Part shown: positions 10,488 to 18,351 of the stretch, piece after piece | How positions within the stretch are numbered: position 1 is the stretch's first letter | How the letters are laid out: each line of letters begins with the position of its first letter | From: a candidate division FCPU426 bacterium | GTDB taxonomy: Bacteria > Oederibacteriota > Muellerivitia > Muellerivitales > Muellerivitaceae | Assembly: GCA_963719085.1 (NCBI GenBank) | Contig: CAVRAL010000001.1 | Coordinates: 416,001-480,000, forward strand | Direction: 5' to 3' | DNA length: 64,000 bases | Translations under genes and position numbers: made by a program | The notes under the pieces: model-generated | Told to the model about the DNA's origin: nothing | What the model saw: the letters and a program-made list of their open reading frames with translations, nothing else | The model's database searches: none

Positions 10488-11341
10488 TGCCCAGGTCTCG
10501 AAGTATTAAAGCCCCAACGGTGTCCATCCTGATTTTAACTCTAAATGAAGAAATCAACATATCCGCTTGTCTGGATTCGGTAGGATGGAGTGACGACATT
10601 GTTGTTTTGGATTCGGGTAGCCGAGATAAAACAACAGCGCTCGCCAAAAAGAAGGGTGCCCGGGTTGTTACCCGTATTTTCGATAACTGGGCTACCCACC
10701 AAAATTGGGCCTTGGATCACATCAAGTTTAAAAATCAATGGGTTTTTTATCTGGATGCCGATGAGCGTATGACCGCAGAATTAAAAGGCGAAATCCTCAC
10801 AATTGCGGCTGATCTACAAAGGCCCGAAAATGCTTTTTTTGTCGGCCGAAGGAATTATTTATGGGGCCAGTGGCTCAAACACGCGTTTCCGCCTGGCTAC
10901 ATCCTTCGCTTTTTTAAGCCATCTTGTGTGAGGTTTGAGCGTTTGGTAAACCCAACGCCGGTCATCCAAGGGCCTCATGGTTACCTTAAAAATTATTTTG
11001 ACCATTATAACTTTAGTAAAGGATTGGAAGAATGGTTTGCTAAGCACAATCGATATTCCACTTTGGAGGCGCTTGAGGGGATGAAGACACTGAAAATCCG
11101 GTGGAAGAAAACAAATCTATTTTCCCTGGATCCTTATGCACGGCGTCAGGCCTTGAAGTCGCTCTCGGTTCTAATGCCTTTTCGTCCTCTTTCGAAGTTC
11201 TTTTATCTCTACATCTTCAAAAGAGGATTTTTAGATGGTCGTGGGGGGCTGACCTATTGTGTGATGCAATCCTTCTATGAGTTCATGATCGCGGCCAAGA
11301 TAAGAGAACTAAAGCTCAAGGAAAAAGGATTTCAGGCCTGA
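10487..11341 (+). CDS. Glycosyltransferase family 2
   Basis: TLNEE, DSGSRD, LDADE, KHNRYS. Confidence 0.9.
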   Translation: MPRSRSIKAPTVSILILTLNEEINISACLDSVGWSDDIVVLDSGSRDKTTALAKKKGARVVTRIFDNWATHQNWALDHIKFKNQWVFYLDADERMTAELKGEILTIAADLQRPENAFFVGRRNYLWGQWLKHAFPPGYILRFFKPSCVRFERLVNPTPVIQGPHGYLKNYFDHYNFSKGLEEWFAKHNRYSTLEALEGMKTLKIRWKKTNLFSLDPYARRQALKSLSVLMPFRPLSKFFYLYIFKRGFLDGRGGLTYCVMQSFYEFMIAAKIRELKLKEKGFQA

Positions 11342-11345
11342 TGTT

Positions 11346-12179
11346 TCAGGTGAAACGTAATTGGAGCATCAAGCGTTCCCGATCGATTGGGGCGAGAGCC
11401 TTGTGGTAACAGGAGGAGTCCTGTACGAAGCCGGTGCCAGCTTTTCCCTTGATGATGATTTGATTTTCCGCACCAAATTGGGTGATGACCGATTCATCGC
11501 TCTGGTTTGCGGAATGAAACAACATCCGTAGGGGTTTGTTACGGTGCGACTTTTTAATCATTACATGGGCACCGGAACGATCGTCTACTTTTGTCAGATA
11601 AAAACTGGCGTAAATGAAGTTGAGGCCATTCACATCAAAATGGAATTGAACGGTTTGTCCGTCTTTCAAACGCTGTTTTTCCGTGAGCGGTGTAACAAAG
11701 CTCCAAAAGAGCCACGGTTTAATTGCGCGGGGTCGATAGCCTAAGTACTGAGAAACCAGGTGGGCCAAGCCGGGATCGTTGATGATTTTGGCGATCGCGG
11801 GACATTTTTCCGCATGCAAGATTGTGCCAAGGGCGATGGGAGAGCCGGTGGGTAATTGACCTCTTTTGATTTTCTTATAAGTGAAGGGGGCTTCGTCGCC
11901 TTGACGAACTCCAGGAGCGGTTTTGGCGAACTCATATATCTTTTTAACGGTAGCCGGAGATAGGTCGAACCCAAAAGCCACGGCCTCCCGTTTAAGGTCT
12001 TTCAAGGTACCGGGTTTGAGGGCGACGGGAAAAAGCGTCGCGGAAGTGGTGGGCGGTGGGGGAAGGTTAGTGGTAATCCTTCTCAAGGCACTATATCCCC
12101 GGCGGACTTTCTCAAATCGTCCGAAGGCGTAATGCCATTCGCCCTTCGATAGTTTTGTGAGTATGCTCTTCAGATTCAT
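11346..12179 (-). CDS. PhyH-like 2-oxoglutarate/Fe(II) dioxygenase
   Basis: HFD...H iron triad (FHFDV, YHKA), GAHVMI, distal Arg (ERLML). Confidence 0.7.
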   Translation of the reverse strand: MNLKSILTKLSKGEWHYAFGRFEKVRRGYSALRRITTNLPPPPTTSATLFPVALKPGTLKDLKREAVAFGFDLSPATVKKIYEFAKTAPGVRQGDEAPFTYKKIKRGQLPTGSPIALGTILHAEKCPAIAKIINDPGLAHLVSQYLGYRPRAIKPWLFWSFVTPLTEKQRLKDGQTVQFHFDVNGLNFIYASFYLTKVDDRSGAHVMIKKSHRNKPLRMLFHSANQSDESVITQFGAENQIIIKGKAGTGFVQDSSCYHKALAPIDRERLMLQLRFT

Positions 12180-12214
12180 GGATGGTTTTTACTTTTCAAG
12201 ATTTGGAATAGCAA

Positions 12215-13162
12215 ATGAATTATAAACCGATCGTATCGGGCTCACCAGAATCTTCCAGGCTGATTTTTGGTTGTTCTGGCCTCATGGGGCGTGTGGGCAA
12301 GAAAAGCTCATTGCGGATTGTTGCGTTGGCTCTCGAAAGGGGTATTAGCCATTTTGACGTGGCCCGGTCCTACGGTTACGGTGATGCGGAATCCTGTTTG
12401 GGAGAGGCCCTGCAGGGTTGTCGTCGACAAGTTCTGATCACTGGAAAGTTTGGAATCCAGCCCTCGAAACGGGGAACGGCTCTTCGTTTCTTAAAACCCG
12501 TTGCTCAAGGCCTTTTGGCGGCTTTTCCTAGAATTCGGGGCGTTATACGCCGGGGTGTAAAAAGCGCTGGGGCGGGATCGGTGGGCGGCCAATTTGACTT
12601 GATTGATTCCATGCGAAGCTTTGAAACCAGTCTTCGAGCATTGCGGACCTATTATATCGACCTTCTTTTAATGCATGACTGCCGGGACGAAGACGTAACC
12701 GATGGAATGATTGAGTTCTTAGAGTCGTTAAAGAAAACGGGGAAAATTCGGGCCTATGGGGCGGCCACTACATTGGAAACGGCACGGGAAATCGAGAAGC
12801 GTTATCCCGAAAAATTTATTTTTCAATTTCAGGATAGTGTCCTCCGGCGCGCGAAAGAAATGAGGATACCTCAAGGGACTTTTCTAACCTATGGGTTACT
12901 ACACGGAGCGGATCAGGTGGTTCGTTGGGCTCAAGAGGATGAGACGGAATTGACGACAAGGGGATTGTCGCAATTATCCAAAGAGGACATTTTCACCTTA
13001 ATGCTCCAATACGGCCTCTCAGTGAATCCCTCTGGTGCCGTGGTTTGTTCTATGTTGAATCCAGAACACCTAGAATCGAATTTGAAGGTAGTGAATAATC
13101 CTCGGTTTAGCCCGCGACAAGTTGAGACTTTCGCCAAATGGGTGGCCGATAAGACTTCGTGA
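12215..13162 (+). CDS. Aldo/keto reductase
   Basis: FDVARSYGYGDAE, SLRALRTYYIDLLLMH, GKIRAYG. Confidence 0.88.
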   Translation: MNYKPIVSGSPESSRLIFGCSGLMGRVGKKSSLRIVALALERGISHFDVARSYGYGDAESCLGEALQGCRRQVLITGKFGIQPSKRGTALRFLKPVAQGLLAAFPRIRGVIRRGVKSAGAGSVGGQFDLIDSMRSFETSLRALRTYYIDLLLMHDCRDEDVTDGMIEFLESLKKTGKIRAYGAATTLETAREIEKRYPEKFIFQFQDSVLRRAKEMRIPQGTFLTYGLLHGADQVVRWAQEDETELTTRGLSQLSKEDIFTLMLQYGLSVNPSGAVVCSMLNPEHLESNLKVVNNPRFSPRQVETFAKWVADKTS

Positions 13163-13175
13163 ATGGGAAAATGTG

Positions 13176-13892
13176 ATGGTAGAAAGCTCAATATATGAGT
13201 ACGACAAAAAGTTCTTTGAGCGTTTGAAAGACGATTCTTTCCGATCCGCGATGAAGATTATCCCCCTGGTTCAAGAATTGATTCCAATTAAATCCGTTGT
13301 CGACGTGGGCTGTGGCACGGGGTCTTGGCTCAAAGCCTTTCAGAAAAATGGGGTCAGGACTATTTATGGTGTTGATGGAAACCAAACCGGGCTCTTAGAA
13401 ATCCCTCGAAATCGATTCTTTAGGACGGATTTGAGACGGCCTTTTAAGCTAAAAGAGAAATTTGATTTGGCTGTTTCGGTGGAGGTGGCTGAGCATCTTC
13501 CTAAGAAAAGCGCTGACTCGTTCGTGAAGAATTTGACCGACTTGGCGCCGGCCGTCCTTTTTTCGGCCGCGATTCCGGGGCAGGGCGGAGACCACCACAT
13601 CAACGAACAGTGGCCTGAATATTGGGCCTCGAAATTCAATCGACGGGGCTTTGTGGCCTTGGATTGTATTCGAACGAAAATTTGGAAGGATCGGGAAATC
13701 TGTTGGTGGTATCGCCAAAATTTGATTCTTTATGTCCGGAAGAGCTTGATGCTCGAAAACCCAAAGCTTTCCGGGATTCCCATTGCCGATCCGCCACAAC
13801 GCTTCATCTATCCGCGCGTCAATCCGCATAGCCGTTTACGAAGAGTTTGGAAGCTTTTTCGCCAAAAATTCAGGACGTTTTTTACGGTGTGA
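13176..13892 (+). CDS. Class I SAM-dependent methyltransferase (polysaccharide-locus type)
   Basis: VVDVGCGTG, EVAEHL, FSAAIPGQGGDHHINEQ. Confidence 0.88.
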   Translation: MVESSIYEYDKKFFERLKDDSFRSAMKIIPLVQELIPIKSVVDVGCGTGSWLKAFQKNGVRTIYGVDGNQTGLLEIPRNRFFRTDLRRPFKLKEKFDLAVSVEVAEHLPKKSADSFVKNLTDLAPAVLFSAAIPGQGGDHHINEQWPEYWASKFNRRGFVALDCIRTKIWKDREICWWYRQNLILYVRKSLMLENPKLSGIPIADPPQRFIYPRVNPHSRLRRVWKLFRQKFRTFFTV

Positions 13893-14081
13893 TATTTATG
13901 GTTTCGTCGAATTTTTCTGACGAGCTTTAAGAGAAATATTAGAAGGTGCGATTTTGTTGTCATTGGGGTTTCGGGGGAGGAGATTGGTATTTTTTAAGGA
14001 AAACGGTTTACTTAAATTAGCCCCTAGAATAAGATTGGATTATCATTTTGAGAAACCAATCCTGTCTTTGAAGGAGCCTGG

Positions 14082-14246
14082 GTGCCTAAAGTTCTCCTTC
14101 TCTACCACTACTACCATCCCGACGATGTCGCACCCATTCCTTATATGGGAATGGGTACAGCCCAAGCTTGCGCCTCAACTGGTGGTTTCGGCACGGGAAA
14201 ACATCGTCAAACGGGTTTGTCCGTAAACGGTGGGTTCTTTGTCTAA
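14082..14246 (+). pseudogene. 54-codon ORF whose start duplicates the N-terminus of the downstream glycosyltransferase
   Basis: AAGGAG then GTG; encodes KVLLLYHYYHPDDVA, identical to the next gene; 23-bp exact repeat at 14109-14131 and 14266-14288. Confidence 0.7.
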
Positions 14247-15441
14247 AGTCCTATTGCTCTACCATTACTACCATCCCGACGATGTCGCGGGCGCGCTCCA
14301 GTTCGTTGGACTTGGGGAAGGCCTGGCCGAACGGAATTGGCAAGTTGAAGCTTGGCCCAGCAACCGCAGTTGCCACCATGACGAGCAGACCTATTCCACG
14401 AAGCTCGAGACAGTGAACGGTGTGCTGATCCGCCGGGTTTGGCGGCCCCATTTCAACCAACATAGTTTTATCGGCCGGATTTTAAACGCGATTTGGCTGG
14501 AAAAACGCTGGGCTTGGCGGGCCTTGTTTTCCAAGGGGCCGGACGTGCTTATCCTCGGCACCGATCCGCTTTTCGCCGTTTTTTTGGTTCCTTTTCTGAA
14601 AACGCGCTGGCCCAAAACCAAGATCATCCATTGGTGTTTTGACCTTTATCCTGAATACGCGATCGCCGAGGGAATCGTCTCCAAAAAGAATCCCTTGATT
14701 CGTCTATTGCGTTTTTTTGTGAGAATCTCCTACGCGGGCTGTGATTTGATCGCGAATTTAGGGCCTTGTATGGCGAAACGGCTAAGGGTTTATTCGGTCA
14801 AAAAAACCGTTACGCTCACCCCTTGGGCCTTGGAAGAGCCCCCCGAACCGCTAAAAATTGACGAGGGCGAGAGGAAAACGCTGTTTGGAACGTCTAAGCT
14901 GGGGCTTTTATACTCCGGTAATTTAAGCCATCCGCACGAGTTTTATCTCACGTTGAAGCTGGCCCGAAAGACCCGGGATTTCGCTCAGTTTACTTATAGT
15001 GCCCGGGGAAGCCGGTTGGACGCGCTGAAAAAGGCTTGGAACCCGGAAGACGTCAATTTTAAATTCGACTCCTTCGCGCCCTTGGATAAATTAAAAGAGC
15101 GGCTTTCGGCGCCGGACGTTCATTTGGTTTCTTTGAAGGACGCCTATACGGGCGTGGCGGTGCCTTCCAAGTTTTTTGGGGCTTTGGCGGCGGGCCGGCC
15201 CATTCTTTTTGAGGGAAGCCCCGACTCGGCGATCGCCCTTTGGATTGAGGAATATAAAATCGGCTGGGTTTTGAGCCCGGAAAACCTGAATGAAGTGGCC
15301 CTGGATTTATTGGCTTTCGCGAAGAGCCCCAAAAGAAAACGGGAGTTATTTGACCATTGCCACAAAATCTACCAGGCCCATTTTTCCAAACAAGCCATGA
15401 TGGCGAAATGGGATCAGGAAATCCGAGCGCTAACGAGTTAG
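14239..15441 (+). CDS. Glycosyltransferase family 4 (WcaI/WbuB-like)
   Basis: YYHPD, DLYPE, YSGNL, VPSKFFGALAAGRPIL. Confidence 0.85.
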   Translation: MSKVLLLYHYYHPDDVAGALQFVGLGEGLAERNWQVEAWPSNRSCHHDEQTYSTKLETVNGVLIRRVWRPHFNQHSFIGRILNAIWLEKRWAWRALFSKGPDVLILGTDPLFAVFLVPFLKTRWPKTKIIHWCFDLYPEYAIAEGIVSKKNPLIRLLRFFVRISYAGCDLIANLGPCMAKRLRVYSVKKTVTLTPWALEEPPEPLKIDEGERKTLFGTSKLGLLYSGNLSHPHEFYLTLKLARKTRDFAQFTYSARGSRLDALKKAWNPEDVNFKFDSFAPLDKLKERLSAPDVHLVSLKDAYTGVAVPSKFFGALAAGRPILFEGSPDSAIALWIEEYKIGWVLSPENLNEVALDLLAFAKSPKRKRELFDHCHKIYQAHFSKQAMMAKWDQEIRALTS

Positions 15442-15472
15442 TCCGAGTCCGGTTGTAACCGTCGCGGGCTCC

Positions 15473-15489
15473 GGTGGGCTCGGCCCACC
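15473..15489. repeat. Short perfect REP-like hairpin GGTGGGC-TCG-GCCCACC
   Basis: 7-bp perfect stem just after the stop codon; no U-tract. Confidence 0.4.
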
Positions 15490-15724
15490 CAAGACGCGGC
15501 ATTCGGCTGATGGCCTCCTGTCAGGGTCTGTGAATTACGCAAAGTTTTGGCGTAATGACAGCCTATTTAGCCCCAAAAAATTGTCATTTTTTTTGTTTTT
15601 GAGGAAGCGTTAAAGTTGCATAAAATGATGCGTTTCACGCAAGAAAAAAGAACCGATTTTTTCTAAAAATGATAGGCTCTAGTCCGTTTTTGTTGTTCAT
15701 CCCACTACACGATGAGGGGCATGG

Positions 15725-16513
15725 ATGAGTTCTCCTGTTAGGCGTTTTAGTCGGGCCTTTCGAGTTTTTACCTTCGTTTTGATCTGCCTTTGGGCGGCGG
15801 CTCCAGTTTTAGCCAAACCCAACACCAGTCCTACTCCCGTCCCGACTCCGATGGGAACTCCGAGCCCTGATTATCCCAAGATGGTCATCGGTCCCGGTGA
15901 TTTGCTTGCCATTGTGGTGCTTGGCTATGACCGGTCGTTGGGTGCGGGAGGTACGGTGAGCACTTTAGGGGTTTCGGCTCCTGCCAGCCCGGGCGTGGCG
16001 ACCAACGCAGGACTGCCCGCCAACTATTTAGTGGATACGGATGGTCGGATCAACTTTCCCTACGTGGGCCCGGTGAATCTCGCGGGCTTGACCCAGATCG
16101 AGGCCAGTCAACTTTTGATCAAGAAACTGGGGGAATACCTCAAGTTCCCCCAGGTGACGGTGATGATTCAAACCTCCAACACCTATAACGTCTCGGTTTT
16201 GGGCGACTTATTTCACCCGGGGCAGTTCATGATCCGCGGTAGGCCCGATGTCCTTTCGATGATCGCGCAGGCGGGCGGGGCGGCCCTCAATCCGGATCTG
16301 GGCAGTGTGCTCATCACCCGGGGAACCATCAAAATCCACGTTGACGTCGGAAGATATTTAAGCGATCCCAACTACCACGCCACCGCGCCCATCGTTTATC
16401 CGGGGGACATCATCTACGTGCCGCAAAACCCCTGGCCGACCTTGAGTGAAATCGCTGTTTTCGTCGGAGTTATCTATACGGCCTATGTCGTGGCCAATGA
16501 CCTGAAGAAATAA
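15725..16513 (+). CDS. wza: Polysaccharide export protein (OPX/Wza family)
   Basis: IGPGDLL, VDTDGRINFPYVGPVNLAGLT, one SLBB domain, C-terminal hydrophobic helix. Confidence 0.88.
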   Translation: MSSPVRRFSRAFRVFTFVLICLWAAAPVLAKPNTSPTPVPTPMGTPSPDYPKMVIGPGDLLAIVVLGYDRSLGAGGTVSTLGVSAPASPGVATNAGLPANYLVDTDGRINFPYVGPVNLAGLTQIEASQLLIKKLGEYLKFPQVTVMIQTSNTYNVSVLGDLFHPGQFMIRGRPDVLSMIAQAGGAALNPDLGSVLITRGTIKIHVDVGRYLSDPNYHATAPIVYPGDIIYVPQNPWPTLSEIAVFVGVIYTAYVVANDLKK

Positions 16514-16530
16514 TTAGGACCGGAGAGAGC

Positions 16531-18351
16531 ATGAACAGCCTTCAAATGACGCCGGACGAGATATTCCAGGAAGCCCGGGATCGGGAAGCGCAGGAATCCG
16601 AAGTTTGGGACCTCAAGGACCTGATCCGGATCTGCCTCCACCACCGCTGGTTGATTGGCTATTGCGTGGCCGGTTTCTTGGTCCTTTCCATTATCTATTC
16701 GCTTTTCGCGTCCAAAACCTACGAGGCCATCAGCACGGTGGAACTTCCGGCTTCCACCCAAGAGACGAATGACGCCATCCGGACCTTGGCTTCTTTGCCT
16801 TCCACCGGGGACCCGATCCAGACCTATTTGGACGTGGGGAATTCCAACTCCGTCGCCGAATACGCCATCCAAAAACTGGACCTGACCCACAATAAATTAT
16901 TCAAGTTCTTTTCCTTCCGGCATTTTGATTTTGAGTATCCGACCGTGCAGGAACTGACCGTTTACCTGATGAAAAGCATTGTCTCGGTCACCAACAATAA
17001 AAACTCTGATCTTTTGTTGATTACGGTGGATCAGAAAAAAGACGCGAAATTGGCCGCCGATATCGCCAATGCCTGGGCGGAGGGCTTTATCGCGGTGAAC
17101 CTGGCCATCAGCCAGGAAAGCGCCCAACGTTCCTATCTGTTCATTCATTCCCAATTAGCCCTGATGGCCAAAAAGTTGAACGATGACCGCGACCTTAAAG
17201 GAAACTATTTGAATCCCTCCAACGAGTACCAGTCCGACGAGGTGATCTACAACCTTCTTTTGCAACAGGACCAGCAGGCCGAAATCCAAGCCAACGCCGA
17301 CAACTCAGGCATCGTGGTCGTGGACCACGCCGAAGTCCCTGAGCAAGCCAAATGGCCCAAGCTTGTCATTTGCGTGATCCTGGGTATATTCCTGGGCGTG
17401 TTCGCCGGGATCCAGACGGCCTACCTGATTGAGCGTTTCCAAGACCGGATCAAGATGGACGAGGACTTGAAGCGGGCCAGCGGCATCACCCAGCTGGGCC
17501 AAATCCCGGATTTCCGCCACGAAAACGGGAAACAAGTGGTTTCCTCGACCGAGCTTTTCTCGCCTCACCACCTGATTTCGGACGAGAAGTTCCGTTTTTC
17601 CTCTTATCACGAGAGCTTCAAGGTTTTCCGCACCAACCTGAATTTCTCCCATGTGGACCGGGATCCCCGGGCCATCGCGGTGTTGTCCTCCCATTCGGGG
17701 GAAGGGAAAACCTTGGTTAATTCCAATTTGGCGCTGGTCTTGGCCGAGCTCGGCCAAAAGGTTCTGCTCGTTGACGCGGACTTGCGCAAACCTTCCATCG
17801 GCGTCATGTTCGGCGTCACCACGCCGCCCGCGTCGGGCCTGCCCATGCTTTTGGCGGGCAAGGGAAAACTGGAGGACATGGTGGTGGATTCAGGAATCCC
17901 GAACCTGACCCTGCTGCCCAACAACACCATCCCGCCCAATCCGGCCGAACTGCTGGGCTCGGGCACGCTCAAGCGCGTGTTGGACGACATGAAATCCAAA
18001 TTTGATTACGTGATCTTCGACGCAGCGCCGGTGTTGCCCGTGACCGACTCGATCCTTCTTTCCACCAGCCTGGACGGCGTCGTCCTGCTGGCCCGTTGGA
18101 ACAAGACCCGGCGGTCCGACTTCCGCCGCGCCTTCCAACAACTGCGCACCGCGAGGGCCACTTTATTAGGGACCGCGCTCAACGCCGTGGAGGTAAGGGC
18201 CGGACTCTATGGCTATGGTTACGGCTATGGCTACGGTTACGGTCATGGGTTTGGAAATAAAGGAAACGGCCGAAACAGCGGAAGCAATGGAAAAGGCGAG
18301 AAGGGGAGCGAGAAAAAAATCCCTCAAATTCCGGCTGAACGGCCCAAGTGA
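16531..18351 (+). CDS. wzc: Polysaccharide co-polymerase / BY tyrosine autokinase
   Basis: Two TMs, Walker A GEGKT, VLLVDADLRKP, FDAAP, C-terminal YGYGYGYGYGY tyrosine cluster. Confidence 0.92.
   Translation: MNSLQMTPDEIFQEARDREAQESEVWDLKDLIRICLHHRWLIGYCVAGFLVLSIIYSLFASKTYEAISTVELPASTQETNDAIRTLASLPSTGDPIQTYLDVGNSNSVAEYAIQKLDLTHNKLFKFFSFRHFDFEYPTVQELTVYLMKSIVSVTNNKNSDLLLITVDQKKDAKLAADIANAWAEGFIAVNLAISQESAQRSYLFIHSQLALMAKKLNDDRDLKGNYLNPSNEYQSDEVIYNLLLQQDQQAEIQANADNSGIVVVDHAEVPEQAKWPKLVICVILGIFLGVFAGIQTAYLIERFQDRIKMDEDLKRASGITQLGQIPDFRHENGKQVVSSTELFSPHHLISDEKFRFSSYHESFKVFRTNLNFSHVDRDPRAIAVLSSHSGEGKTLVNSNLALVLAELGQKVLLVDADLRKPSIGVMFGVTTPPASGLPMLLAGKGKLEDMVVDSGIPNLTLLPNNTIPPNPAELLGSGTLKRVLDDMKSKFDYVIFDAAPVLPVTDSILLSTSLDGVVLLARWNKTRRSDFRRAFQQLRTARATLLGTALNAVEVRAGLYGYGYGYGYGYGHGFGNKGNGRNSGSNGKGEKGSEKKIPQIPAERPK

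Noticed and set aside
13954..14416. 90-aa and 82-aa ORFs both containing TTIPTMS
   Set aside because: Off-frame readings of the duplicated glycosyltransferase start
15442..15724. ops/JUMPStart element or riboswitch upstream of wza
   Set aside because: Hairpins are present but no GGCGGTAG core or recognisable riboswitch consensus
18207..18240. TAYGGY hexamer repeat
   Set aside because: Explained by the Wzc tyrosine cluster
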